The position numbers and the translations under genes are program-made. Positions 1 through 11,498 of a DNA stretch of 64,000 bases are shown here, one piece after another. The notes under the pieces are model-generated. The model saw nothing but the letters and a program-made list of their open reading frames with translations, was not told the DNA's origin and searched no databases. The stretch comes from Ascoidea asiatica JCM 7603 (lineage: Eukaryota > Fungi > Ascomycota). Each line of letters begins with the position of its first letter. Positions within the stretch are counted from its first letter, which is position 1. The stretch is taken from assembly GCA_001600695.1 (NCBI GenBank), contig BCKQ01000002.1, forward strand, positions 1,561,340-1,625,339, written 5' to 3'.

Positions 1-97
1 AAAATTATGCAATACTTACTGTAAATAACATATCAAATCCCAGAACCATGGCTCTAATAGCTTTTGTACATTTTTCCTTACATTTGATGATTTAAAA

Positions 98-105
98 CCG
101 GGTAA
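98..105. promoter_or_regulatory. Reb1-type site CCGGGTAA upstream of NUP133
   Basis: Exact Reb1 consensus (TTACCCGG on minus strand) ~210 bp before the ATG. Confidence 0.5.
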
Positions 106-317
106 TACAAGTTTTAACTTTTTCCATTATGCTAAAAAGTTATTTTCAACTTAAATGGTAAACAAATTATATTATTATTAATGATATTGAAAATAATATT
201 TACAAATTAAAAAATTTTTTGAATTGTATCTGTAATTGAAATTGAAATTGAAACCAAAACTGAAATAATAATTAATTTAGTTTGAAGATTAGATTCTTGT
301 TCAATTATTTTTTTATA

Positions 318-3300
318 ATGTTTTCCGTGAAAACTTCAATTACCTCTAACTCTTCCAATGGTTCTGGTTTAGATTTAAAAAATTCAATTTCCAATCTTGA
401 TAATAATATTCAAAGCTCTAATGAAAATCAAGATAAAATTAAAAATCAAATTCCAAATACAAAGGATATAAATGAATTAACTGAATCTTCTTATTTTCTA
501 TTAAATTCAACTCAATTAACTAAAAATTCTAAATATATTGTTTCTAGATTTAATTCAACTCCTTCAGTTTTAAGATCATCATTGTCTTCATCAAATAATA
601 TAGATAATGATATATTTAATGCTTCAACAAATCAATTGACTCATCATGCTTTTTTGATTTCAAAAAATTTCGCTTATATCTGGGATTATTCTTCAATTGA
701 ATCTTTACCTTTAACTATATCTTTACCTGCAAATTTCAACAAAGAAAATGATAGTATTAATAATACTAATAACGACACTTATAATAATAATAATCCAAAT
801 GCTCTACCTTTAGCATCTTTAATTTCACCTACTACAGACTCAAATGATCCAGGTTTCATAATTATTGAACCAATATCAGGTTTAATAAAATATTATGAAT
901 CAATTTCTTCTGCTTCTTCAATTGATCTTTTGCAACATCAAAAAGACTCAATTAATTATAAATTAAATCTACATAATAATGAAGTAATCAATTTAATTCA
1001 AAATATTGAACCTGCTGGAATTATAATTTCAACAAATTTCAATAGAGTATCTTTAATTTCTTTAATAAATTCAATTGGAAAACCGTTTTTATCTCATTCT
1101 GATTTAATCAATGTAAAAAACTTAAAATCTTTCTATTTAAATTTTTTTAATCCAATTTCAAAAATTATCTCAATCAAAAAAATTAAAATTATAGCTAATG
1201 GAATTGTTTCAATTCTAATTTTAACAAATGAAGGTAATTTATCAATTTGGAATTGTTCGAGAGATAATCAATCTTTTAAAATTTTTGAATTTTCAATTTT
1301 AAAACTTTTAAAAGATATTATTGAAGATTTATATATTTTTACAAATTTTCAAATTTTAGATGCAACCCCATTATCAATGATTAATGATTCAACCTTTTTA
1401 ATTTTAACAAGTATTTCTTTACCTAATAATAAAATGTTTTATATTTTATATACTTTAAAAAAAGATGAAGATGAAATTTACTGTTTTTCTTCTTATAGAA
1501 TTAGATGTTTTTCAAATTCTTTTGATCCAAAAAATCCTCCAAAATTATATGTACCAAATCCTGGAAATACTGCTTTTATAATCATTAACAATTCAATAAT
1601 TTTAGTAGATATTCCAACTAATTCAAAGCTTAATTCAATTAATAAAGTCAAATGGGAAGATATAATTTCTTTACGTTCAAATATCTCTTTACTTGGTCAA
1701 GGTTATGAAGATCAAATTATTAAAAATAATAAAACTGTTAATAATCCTTCACTTATTTTAATTTCAAAAGAAGCTGGAATTTTAAAAATTGAACGAACTT
1801 TAGAATCAAAATCAATCAATGAATTGTCTGAAAAACTGGAAAATTCAATCACTAAGTCTTCAAATGATGATTTTAATTTACTAGAGTATTTAATATCCCA
1901 CATTGAGCAAGCAATATTTTATGGTTTCAATCAAGATAATCCAATATCTTTCACTGTACCCAATGGAATGTCAATTAAGCCTGATATTCTTAATACTGCA
2001 ATTTTAAAGATTTCAGAAAATTTATTAAATACTCAGTCTTCATATTTACCAAAAAGATTACCATCTATCAAAGAACATTTAGAAATTCGTAAATCAAAAT
2101 TAGAAAGATTAGCTAAATTTTCTGCAATTTATTTTCTTGATGATGTTTTTACTGATACAAAAATTTCATTAGTTTTAAACTTACAAAAAATTGAAGTAGC
2201 TTGTAAATTATGGTCTTTTTTTCAAGATTCATTAGCTGAAAATGATAAATATTTATCAAATATTTTTAGAGAATCAGTTGAAGAAACAACTACTTTAAAA
2301 AACTCAAATGATAAAATAGATATAGTTAGAGAATTTTTCTTTCACAATCTTGGTCAAATATCTTTTCTATTAAATAGCATATTAAAAAAAATAATAGAAG
2401 CAGAAAGCCTAAATGAAAATTATATTAGAAAAGCTGTTTTGATGTCAATTTATTGTATAAAACAAGGAGCAATTGACACTGAATCCAAAATAAAATTTGA
2501 ATTATTTTCTATGAAAAAAGAAGAATTAGGTTCACTTACTCCTTTTTTCTGTGAAAATCTTATTCCTTTTACAATTGATGAACTATTACATATTTATTTA
2601 AAAATAGTGAAAAGTAATTCATTAATTGATTCACAAAATGATACTTCTATGACATCTAACAATAATGATTTAAATGATATATCTAATAATTTAATATCAT
2701 TTTGTCAAATATTATTATATTCTTTTACTCAAGCGTTATCTTGGCTTAACTCTCAAACTCCTACTAAGCTAATATCTGAAAAAATTCAAACTTATCGAAC
2801 TCAATTTGAATCAAATAGAGGAATATGGATTAAATCTTTAGTTGAATTTGGTGATAGATTAATAGCATTAGAATTAGCGGAAAATTTTAATGATTTAAAG
2901 TCATTAGTTGAAATTCTTGAATCTGAGCGTGATCTTTCAAGTAATGTTAATGATGAAAATCTTAATGAAAGGTATAATTATTATTTTACTAATTTTGGGT
3001 ATGAATTTGCTGAAACACTTTATGATTATTATGTTCACACAGATAAATTAAAAACTCTATTAACTGGATTTCCTGAATATAAACATTTTCTAGATCAATA
3101 TCTACCTAGAAAAGATTTAGGAAGAATATCATGGATTAGAAAAACTTTAGATATGGATTACTCAGGAGCTTCAAAAACTTTATATAATACATCAACAAAA
3201 ACTGATGATATAATTAGTAATAAGAAATTTCAATTATCAGTTTCTAAATTATGTTTACTTGCCACAGCAGACCAGGGATTGATATTAGAAGAAAATAATA

Positions 3301-4019
3301 GTATTAATGAACCTCTCAATGATATCAAAGAACAGTTATTATTTGTGAATATTCAACAAAAACTTTATGATGAAATTAAAAATATGATTTCAAAAAATAC
3401 TAATGATCCTTTGGTTCAATCAGACTTACTATTAAAAGATCTTACTAAAAATTTAAAGAAGAAAAATAGATCAATTCTTATAAAACTTTTAAAGCTGTCA
3501 TTTTCAAAATTAATCAATAAAAAAAGTTTAAATGTTAATGATTTGATTGATTGTTTGACGTGTATTGATATTGAAACTGAAAATTCAAAATTAAATTTTT
3601 ATTATGCATTACAATTAACCACAGTTAAATCCTTTTGGAAATCATCTATTGATAAGAAAATCAGTATAAACTTAATTTGGAAAAGAGCAATATTAGCCGA
3701 TGATTGGAGACTAATATTTGAAAATAAAAACCAAAGTGATGAAAATATTGAAAATATGAGTAAAAAGTCTATATTCTATTGTACAATTGTATTATGCTGT
3801 GAAAATAATCTTTTCAGTGCAGGGGATGGAAGCTTCACTTTACCAGATGTTAAGAAGTTAGGAACAAATATTGAATTATCTGAAATAAAAGAAAGATTTC
3901 GTAATGTTTCCAATACAGAAGAAATAATTTTAAGTAAAGAGTTGGCAATCGAGAATGATGAATTTAACAAGATAATAAATTCCTTTGATTTCGAAGCGAT
4001 TGTTGCCAAATTTAAATAG
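318..4019 (+). CDS. NUP133: Nucleoporin Nup133
   Basis: ~1230-aa ORF; first ATG at 318 (track starts at TTG 282). N-terminal beta-rich region (YIWDY, GLIKYYESI), helical C-terminal region with LAENFNDLKSLVE, FGYEFA, ISWI, LSVSKL, IWKRAILADDW typical of Nup133. Confidence 0.85.
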   Translation: MFSVKTSITSNSSNGSGLDLKNSISNLDNNIQSSNENQDKIKNQIPNTKDINELTESSYFLLNSTQLTKNSKYIVSRFNSTPSVLRSSLSSSNNIDNDIFNASTNQLTHHAFLISKNFAYIWDYSSIESLPLTISLPANFNKENDSINNTNNDTYNNNNPNALPLASLISPTTDSNDPGFIIIEPISGLIKYYESISSASSIDLLQHQKDSINYKLNLHNNEVINLIQNIEPAGIIISTNFNRVSLISLINSIGKPFLSHSDLINVKNLKSFYLNFFNPISKIISIKKIKIIANGIVSILILTNEGNLSIWNCSRDNQSFKIFEFSILKLLKDIIEDLYIFTNFQILDATPLSMINDSTFLILTSISLPNNKMFYILYTLKKDEDEIYCFSSYRIRCFSNSFDPKNPPKLYVPNPGNTAFIIINNSIILVDIPTNSKLNSINKVKWEDIISLRSNISLLGQGYEDQIIKNNKTVNNPSLILISKEAGILKIERTLESKSINELSEKLENSITKSSNDDFNLLEYLISHIEQAIFYGFNQDNPISFTVPNGMSIKPDILNTAILKISENLLNTQSSYLPKRLPSIKEHLEIRKSKLERLAKFSAIYFLDDVFTDTKISLVLNLQKIEVACKLWSFFQDSLAENDKYLSNIFRESVEETTTLKNSNDKIDIVREFFFHNLGQISFLLNSILKKIIEAESLNENYIRKAVLMSIYCIKQGAIDTESKIKFELFSMKKEELGSLTPFFCENLIPFTIDELLHIYLKIVKSNSLIDSQNDTSMTSNNNDLNDISNNLISFCQILLYSFTQALSWLNSQTPTKLISEKIQTYRTQFESNRGIWIKSLVEFGDRLIALELAENFNDLKSLVEILESERDLSSNVNDENLNERYNYYFTNFGYEFAETLYDYYVHTDKLKTLLTGFPEYKHFLDQYLPRKDLGRISWIRKTLDMDYSGASKTLYNTSTKTDDIISNKKFQLSVSKLCLLATADQGLILEENNSINEPLNDIKEQLLFVNIQQKLYDEIKNMISKNTNDPLVQSDLLLKDLTKNLKKKNRSILIKLLKLSFSKLINKKSLNVNDLIDCLTCIDIETENSKLNFYYALQLTTVKSFWKSSIDKKISINLIWKRAILADDWRLIFENKNQSDENIENMSKKSIFYCTIVLCCENNLFSAGDGSFTLPDVKKLGTNIELSEIKERFRNVSNTEEIILSKELAIENDEFNKIINSFDFEAIVAKFK

Positions 4020-4260
4020 ACTTTACACACTGTCTTATTTTTATATTAATTTATTGTTGATTTATATAATATATTGTACTAACTAATAAATATTTCAAAT
4101 AATCAATGGTCAATAAGGCTAGTGAAATTTGATAAAATTAAAGAAGCTATACCTTTTTTTAATTTTCTGAAGCATTTAGGACGAATGACAACCCATTATA
4201 TTAAGATTTAGGGCAGTTGATTGTAGAACCATATAACTGGTAATCTAGTTTATTTGTTTG

Positions 4261-4326
4261 TGTTTAACCGGATTGGGAGTCATGAAAACAGTTTCTGCAG
4301 TGATTTTGATTGTTTTCCAATATTGG
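4261..4326. promoter_or_regulatory. Candidate Mcm1 CArG box with forkhead-like sites in ASE1 promoter
   Basis: TTTCC-AATATT-GG at 4314-4326; second CC-N6-GG at 4268-4277; TGTTT/AAACA motifs nearby. ASE1 is an Mcm1/Fkh (CLB2 cluster) gene in S. cerevisiae. Confidence 0.4.
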
Positions 4327-4644
4327 CAGAAGAAGTGAGTGTTGAAGGTTGTTGATATTTATTTACTTTTTGTCTTTAGAGCTGTTTTCGCTTGATTTCT
4401 TGTTTAATACTGCTTTTTGATTTTGATTTTGATTTGATTTTTATTCTTTTTTTTTGAATTGATTTATTTTATTGAGATTAGTTTTTTATATTTGCTTTTT
4501 TTTTCCATCAAGCTAGCTAGCACAAATCATTTTATACCCTTTCTTATCAGATACCCATAGATATATCCACAACAATCTTTCTTATTTATTGTTTTTAATT
4601 ATTCAAAACTACGATTCTAAAATTTGTACCAAGATCAATTCCAG

Positions 4645-7191
4645 ATGTCAATAAAATCTGAAAATATTTCTGAGGGACGAACAATTCAATATCAATGTAA
4701 CATTGATTCCTTATATAAAATTTATACTGAGATTGGTTATTCAGATTCACAAAAGTCGTCAAAGGAAAAGAATTTATATGAAGAATTATCAAAAATCATA
4801 GTGCAAAAAGAACAAAAAGCTCAAAATGAGAAGAAAATAATTATAGATATAAATAATAGAATTAAACAAAATATATTTAAAATTATCAAAATTTTTTCAA
4901 AATCTGGTCTTAATTTAAAGCCAAGAAATTATTCAGAAATTGAAGATCAAGAAAACAAAAATTTACAAAGTTTAAATGATCCAAAGGTTAAAAATTATTC
5001 AATTGAAATTGAGAATTTATATGATAATCTTTCTTCCGAAAATTCTCTTGCTGGTATGAATGAACTAAAAAATTGTCTTAACAATTTGCAAAAACCTTTA
5101 ATAGAAGAAATTATTTCAATTGAAGATTTAACAGAAAATATTGATGAATTTAATTCTATAATCAAACTAGTACCCAATTTTGAAGATTTGAAAAGATTTA
5201 TTTTAAATGATATTTCTACTTCTTATTTAAATACTCAAGTAAACCTAATTTTTTGTTTAGAAAACTTATCAAAAGAATATTATATTCGGATAATATTATT
5301 TCTAAAAAAATCTCTTCAACTACTTCAATTGATTTCCGTTTTTGGTGGTTTAGAAATTGAGGAATTTGATTCAGAAACAATTAAGTTTCTCAAAAAATTA
5401 CCAAGCTTAAAAGAGTGTAAAAACTGTATTTATGAATTAGAAAAGATAAACAAAGATGATAATAAATTAATATTAAAAATTTCTTTAAATTTACTAAATT
5501 CAAATAATTTCAACAATTTATCGGATTGGATTTTTGAAAAGATAAATAATGAAATTCAAAAAATCGATATTTTGAAAAGCAAAAGAATAAGAGATATTTC
5601 TTCAATATTAAATAAAATTATCAATTATTGGCAAATTCTTTATGATTTCGGAACTTCTTTTTCCGTTTCACCTTCATTAACAAGAAATATTAAAATAAAA
5701 AGAATTGGCGAAATTAATGGTGAACTTGATAAAAGAATAATACTTTGTGCTAAAAATCCTCAAAGTTCATCTTCTGTCTTAGGATTGAATCTCAACTCTA
5801 TTAATTATTTGAAACAAATTCTTCAAAGATTAATTCTAGAAAAAAGGAATTCGGAAATACAGTTAAATAATTTTCTTAATGAATGTGAATTATTATGGAA
5901 AACTCTTTCAGAAGATGCTAATTATATTCATGACTTCAAATGCTCCTTTTTATTTTCCTCCCCTCAATCCATGCTTAATAACGAGGAAAATATTTCAGAA
6001 TATCGTCTATCTATAACCACCCTCCATGCTTTTAAAAAAGAATTAGAAAGACTACACCAAAAAAAAAAAGTTATGATGAAAGATTTGATACTAGAACTTC
6101 GTGAAAAAATAGAGCAATTAACTTTTGATTTGGATTATTCTCAGGATGAGATTCCACAATTGATTATTTCTAACCAAGAATTCGAGATAAGTGAAGAATC
6201 ATTAAAGCTTCATCAACAAGAATTTGATAAACTTAATAAAGAGTATGATTCGATAAAACCAATCTTGAAGTTAGCTACAACATTTGAAAATCTTATTGCA
6301 GATAAAAAAGCAGTAGAAGAGTCTCAGCAAGATTCGGCAAGGCTACTAAAAAGAAACTATTCTAAAATTTTGTTGGAAGAAGAAAAAGCTAGAAGAAATA
6401 TTAGCAAAAATCTTCCTAGAGTTATAGAAGACCTTAAGAACAAGTTGTTCAAATATGAGAAAGAAACAGGAAAAATATTTTTTTTCAAGAAGGAAAATTT
6501 ATTGAGTAACATTCTAGAAGTAGAAGAAAGTTTGAAAACAAAAGCTATTGTTCAGTCAAATTTTTCCAAGTTTTCTAATAATAATTCAAACTCAATAAAT
6601 AAAAATTCAAAAAGACGACAAACAGCTCAGACAACACTGATAAGAGCTTTAAATTTTTCAGGAAAAAGAAAAAAAAATGGCCTTATGGTTTCTCCTACTA
6701 GGCCCAAATTTCTGTCTTCAAAAACTTTTGGCGCTTTAAGAGATTCTAGAGTTCCAGTTTTCATGAAAAGATCTCCAAAATCAACTTCTAGTAATATTAG
6801 TAAGATGTCTAAGTTAGATGAACCTCATAAAGTTAAAGGTAAATCTTCAAGTCCTAGAAAGCCATTAGCCACGCTTCAGAAGGAAAAATTAGGTGGTCTT
6901 CCTGTTTTAACTTATTCCCCTAAATCCAAAATGCTAAATTCCAGTCCCATAGTAAAGGTTTATAATGATGCTTTATGTAAACCTATTTCTAAAAGTGAAG
7001 ATGATAAATTTTCAAACGAAGATAATAATGCCATTGTTATTACCAAAAATCTGTCACTAAATTGCGATTCAATAAATGATTCAGTACTGCAAGATGAAAG
7101 TTGTTTTGCCAATTGGAAAAAGGCCAGATTAGATGATATTAGTAAAAGCTCTCCTAGGCGGTTGAGTAATAACGATCTTGTTTGTAATTAG
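4645..7191 (+). CDS. ASE1: Spindle midzone microtubule bundler, Ase1/PRC1/MAP65 family
   Basis: First ATG 4645. Long helical region, conserved DSARLLKRNYSKILLEEEKARRNISKNLP core, basic S/T-P-rich tail. Convergent with SGT1 as in S. cerevisiae. Confidence 0.85.
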   Translation: MSIKSENISEGRTIQYQCNIDSLYKIYTEIGYSDSQKSSKEKNLYEELSKIIVQKEQKAQNEKKIIIDINNRIKQNIFKIIKIFSKSGLNLKPRNYSEIEDQENKNLQSLNDPKVKNYSIEIENLYDNLSSENSLAGMNELKNCLNNLQKPLIEEIISIEDLTENIDEFNSIIKLVPNFEDLKRFILNDISTSYLNTQVNLIFCLENLSKEYYIRIILFLKKSLQLLQLISVFGGLEIEEFDSETIKFLKKLPSLKECKNCIYELEKINKDDNKLILKISLNLLNSNNFNNLSDWIFEKINNEIQKIDILKSKRIRDISSILNKIINYWQILYDFGTSFSVSPSLTRNIKIKRIGEINGELDKRIILCAKNPQSSSSVLGLNLNSINYLKQILQRLILEKRNSEIQLNNFLNECELLWKTLSEDANYIHDFKCSFLFSSPQSMLNNEENISEYRLSITTLHAFKKELERLHQKKKVMMKDLILELREKIEQLTFDLDYSQDEIPQLIISNQEFEISEESLKLHQQEFDKLNKEYDSIKPILKLATTFENLIADKKAVEESQQDSARLLKRNYSKILLEEEKARRNISKNLPRVIEDLKNKLFKYEKETGKIFFFKKENLLSNILEVEESLKTKAIVQSNFSKFSNNNSNSINKNSKRRQTAQTTLIRALNFSGKRKKNGLMVSPTRPKFLSSKTFGALRDSRVPVFMKRSPKSTSSNISKMSKLDEPHKVKGKSSSPRKPLATLQKEKLGGLPVLTYSPKSKMLNSSPIVKVYNDALCKPISKSEDDKFSNEDNNAIVITKNLSLNCDSINDSVLQDESCFANWKKARLDDISKSSPRRLSNNDLVCN

Positions 7192-7446
7192 AATTGATTC
7201 TAAATTGTTATATAGTGATGTAATAGTAAAGTTAGTAACATTAAAATGAGTTGGGGAATAAATTTTTATTGAAATAGAAAAAGTAGTACGGATAAGTTAA
7301 AAACTTTATGAAAAGCAAAACCCTATTGGGAAAAGTGAAATAAAAGATTAATAAGAAAAAATCATAAAAAAAAAAAATGCATCATATGAAAAAGTATATA
7401 TGCTTCATACATTTAAATTATAGGAGTTTTTTTTTTGATTTTGAAT

Positions 7447-8778
7447 TTAAGTCCATTTTTTAGCTTCCATTCCATCAGGTGGATCCACTTCAAACGTTTT
7501 TGAGCCGACTTCATTCCAATTTGTAGATAAAGAAGTTCCTCCACTTTCAGTATAACTTTTCATCATTGCTCTTTTTGTTTCATCTGAAGCATCTTTATAA
7601 ATTTTTTTGAAAAAATCCATTTCATTATCATCTTTTTCTTCACCAACATCAACATTGAAAGAAGCCCAATCTTTCTTTGAAACTGAAGAACTAGGATATT
7701 TTAAAGTATTTGATTCGGAATCTTCATTATTTGAAATATCATCATTTTTTTCATCTAAATTATCTTCTTTTAAAAGAGATGACCATTTTATTGTTTTATC
7801 TTTGCTAACAAGGAACAATTCGAGTTGAGAATTTAAAACTTTAAATGAACATTCTTTTGGAATAATTTCGTTGGAAAAATCCAATGAATAAATATAATTT
7901 TTTTTTGAAATTGGATCAGTAAAAGAGAAGTCTGCAGAATCTTCTGAAAAAGTTAATTCAAAAGTTGATTTTGAAATACTTTTAATAAAAATACTAACAT
8001 CTAATTGATTACCAGATTGAAAAAAGTCAGTTTTGAAAGTTTTAGGATAAGTAATTTCCATTGATTTTTTAATCTCGGATTTTTCAGGTGACTCTGTAAT
8101 ATTTGAAGTTTTTTCTGGAAGAATACTGATTTTTTCAAAATTCTTAGAAATTTCATTAGAAGGTGATTCATTGTAAGGTAATTCAATAATTTTAGGCTCT
8201 TTGATACTTTCTTTATTTTTCAAATCCTTTTCAACGCTTTCATCATCATTAGAGTCTTTGGAAGATTCGTTTTTATTTTGATTTGAAGAGATAATTGGAA
8301 CCACACCTAAGTCATTGTCAGTTAATTTAATATTAAGATAATCATTGATGAAAGAAGTATCTTCATCAAATTTGAAAGATTTATAATCGATTTCTAGAGA
8401 AGTTAATTTATTTGTAGCTTTTTTTAACCATATTGAAAGTACACTTTTTTCAGAATAATCAAAATTTTGAGCAAAATTGAAATATTTAAAAGAATTTAAA
8501 TATTGTTTCATTAAGAAATAAATAACACCTAATCTAAAATAAGAATTTGAAATTTTATCTCTTTGAGCTCTATCTTTTGAAATTTGAGCAGATTTAAAAG
8601 CAAAATTTAAAGCAAATGGAAAAGATTTAACTTTTTGAAAAGATAAAGATAATTCTAAAGTTGCATTATAGTTTTTTGGATTTTTCTTAAGTATCTTTTT
8701 TAAAATTGGAATTGCATCATTAAAATTCTTATTTAAATTTAATCTTTTAGCTTCCTTTAATAAAGAAGTCTCACTCAT
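7447..8778 (-). CDS. SGT1: Hsp90 co-chaperone Sgt1 (TPR-CS-SGS)
   Basis: N-terminal TPR-like helices, CS domain, SGS signature FFKKIYKDASDETKRAMMKSYTESGGTSLSTNW and PPDGMEAKKW. Confidence 0.95.
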   Translation of the reverse strand: MSETSLLKEAKRLNLNKNFNDAIPILKKILKKNPKNYNATLELSLSFQKVKSFPFALNFAFKSAQISKDRAQRDKISNSYFRLGVIYFLMKQYLNSFKYFNFAQNFDYSEKSVLSIWLKKATNKLTSLEIDYKSFKFDEDTSFINDYLNIKLTDNDLGVVPIISSNQNKNESSKDSNDDESVEKDLKNKESIKEPKIIELPYNESPSNEISKNFEKISILPEKTSNITESPEKSEIKKSMEITYPKTFKTDFFQSGNQLDVSIFIKSISKSTFELTFSEDSADFSFTDPISKKNYIYSLDFSNEIIPKECSFKVLNSQLELFLVSKDKTIKWSSLLKEDNLDEKNDDISNNEDSESNTLKYPSSSVSKKDWASFNVDVGEEKDDNEMDFFKKIYKDASDETKRAMMKSYTESGGTSLSTNWNEVGSKTFEVDPPDGMEAKKWT

Positions 8779-11498
8779 TTTTTTACTACTGTATGGTTAT
8801 AAAAATACTGTTAGATTAATCTCTGGAATAATTGAAAGTTTCAAGATAAAAAAAGGATAATAATATAACTTTATATTTGTTTTTCTCAATTCATAATACT
8901 CAAAATGCAAAAAAGAAAAAGATCTCACAAGGTTCTAATTATTTATTGTTTCTCCTTTTTGAATACCATATAAAAGTAATTTCCACAATATTTCTTACAA
9001 TTGAATGTTTGAGGTACAAACAAATAAACATAAAACAGTAGAACCAGAAATGTGGTAAGAATATTTGTCACAGTGGCGAGATTTTGATTTTAAGGCTGAT
9101 GCATTTGTAGTTAACAATTAAAGTGGCTTGAGATAATCCATGCTCAGTTATTTTCTTGCGCCACAATTAAATTATGATTCTTGATATAACCTTAAACTAC
9201 ATCTATCTAAATACATCTGCATATAAAAAAATTATCCGTATCCGCGGATTACTGGTCACGTGAATATTTTTTATGAATAACTCCATAAAGTGCAAAAATA
9301 TGCACTAAACAAGGAGTTATGCTACACAAAGGCGCTAGATTTTTAACTATGTATGCAGCAGTACACTGAGACAATAGGGGTCCTGGGTTTTTTCAAAAAA
9401 AAGCATAATTTAAGTTCTTTTTTAAAGTTTTGTACACAAACTATCCTCTATGGATGTGTGATTTAGTAATAAACTGGTGTTTATAGGTATATTGAATTTT
9501 CGTGATTTGGTTACATATAGTTAAAAACTTTTTTGTTCTTGTATTTCTTTCCAGAAGCATCTCTAAAATTCTTTTAAAAGCATACATTTAGTTTAAGCTT
9601 TAGTTTACTGGTAGATTCTCATATAATTATTAATCTTGGAATCAACAAAACTGGAACCTGGGAGTATACATTTTTTTTTATCAGAATATAGATATTGTGT
9701 ATTGGAGTACTTCAATACACAATATAGTAAATTTGATTGTTTTTGTTTACAAATGATCCAGGTTATATTTTTAAGATTGAAAGCAAATAACCAAATAACC
9801 CTATTAATTTTAAATGATTATGTATAACAACACTAAATTTTTTATCGAAATTTCATGCTTTTTATAAAGGCTATAAACTCATAAATCTCAATTTCTGAAT
9901 TGATTTCCTTTTATTGATCTTTACGGATAAGAACAGCGTAGCGAATTGTCGCTTTCCCATTGAAAAATTGTACAATTAAATATGGATGAATTTTCGGGTG
10001 TACACTGTTTCAGTGCAATGCTCTTCGCCAAAGTGCCTTAAAAGTTGGTGTACCATGTAACACTGTAAATCAATGTGCTCAAAGCTAAATAACTATACAT
10101 TGAAAAACATTTGGCGTTCCCAAAAGTCCGTAAATGTTGCTTCTTGTTAGAGGCGTGCATGTATTATCTCCACCAAATAAATTATTTCCACTTTAAACAT
10201 GATTTCCTTCTGTTTTAAAAAACCAAAAACAAGGTTCCATGTTTTAATCACTGCGTATGCATATACACATTATATAGCTACTGCACACACCAGACGACGG
10301 AAAACTTTAGTAATTGAAATTCAAACACAAATAAATCCATCATCAACACAAACACAAACACAAATCCAAAGCAAATACACAATTCCATTCAAAACTTCAT
10401 GGGTGCAAAGATGAAATTATTTCATTTCCGAGTAGCGCAAGCCCTGCACAAGTTTTTATATTTGTATTCACATCTTCTCAATTTTTTCCGTTTTTGCTTC
10501 TTGTTAAAAAAACCTCCAACAATTTCCAAACAAAATAAGTGAAAATTCTGATTTTTGTTTCAATTCTTTTGCTTCTTATTCAGCTTAGCACTTACGTAAA
10601 CACAAATGAAAAATTTTCAATATATTTTCTTGCAAAAACATATTTAGTCTCTATCAAATGCTAAATGATTTTTGTATGGGCTGGTGTCCTTTTTGGATTC
10701 CTGTTTCCGAAACAAGCGAAAAAATTAGCTCTTTTTTTTATTTTCAAGTTTGAATTTTCAAAAAATTTCAAATAAAATGAGAAATTAGGAACTTTTAAAA
10801 GCTTTGAAATTTGCTGAAATTTAAGTTATGTAAGTATATATTTAGTTATACAGTATATTTGATTATATAACTATACTGATTCTTGAATTTTTAATAAAAT
10901 GCTAGTTGATACTTGGCTTGAAATTTATAAATAAATCTTTTTTTAGTTTTTATGGTAAACAGGTATTTATGCTAGGTTCTAGAAGAAAATTAGCACAAAG
11001 TAATACAAATTTATAGAAATTTGTGGAAATTCAAGGAAATTCAAGGATATTCAAGGATCTTTTCAAAAAGGAATTTAGAAACTATTTTGAAATACAATTG
11101 AAAAGTGAACTAAAGAAAATGAAAAAAGTTTTTATTGAAAAACTTGAATTGAAATTTGAATTGGTAGAAAGTGTATTGAAAAAAAGAATTTCATATTTTG
11201 AAATACCCTAAATAAGAATTAATATCTTAATTTGATTAAAATTTTTAACAAATACATAGATATTATAGTATTTTATTCTCAAATTTTTTTTTAATTTCTT
11301 GTAATTTTTATATATTTATTTGTATATAAACATATAAAAAAAATTATCATATAAAAGGTTGAAATAATCTCATCTTGAAGTTCATTCTCAAAATTTTTAT
11401 TAATTTATATTTTCTTCTCTTTCTTAAATTTTGATATTCAAATTCATATTTAAGACAGTATAACATTACGTTTCAATTCAAACACTTTTAACTCTAAA

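Noticed and set aside
282-317. TTG starts in the ORF track (282, 4624, 19982, 52976)
   Set aside because: Eukaryotic genes; the first in-frame ATGs (318, 4645, 20078, 53006) were used instead.
9255-9400. GTCACGTG as CDEI of a point centromere
   Set aside because: No ~80-bp very AT-rich CDEII followed by a CDEIII CCG motif at the expected spacing; treated as a promoter Cbf1 site.
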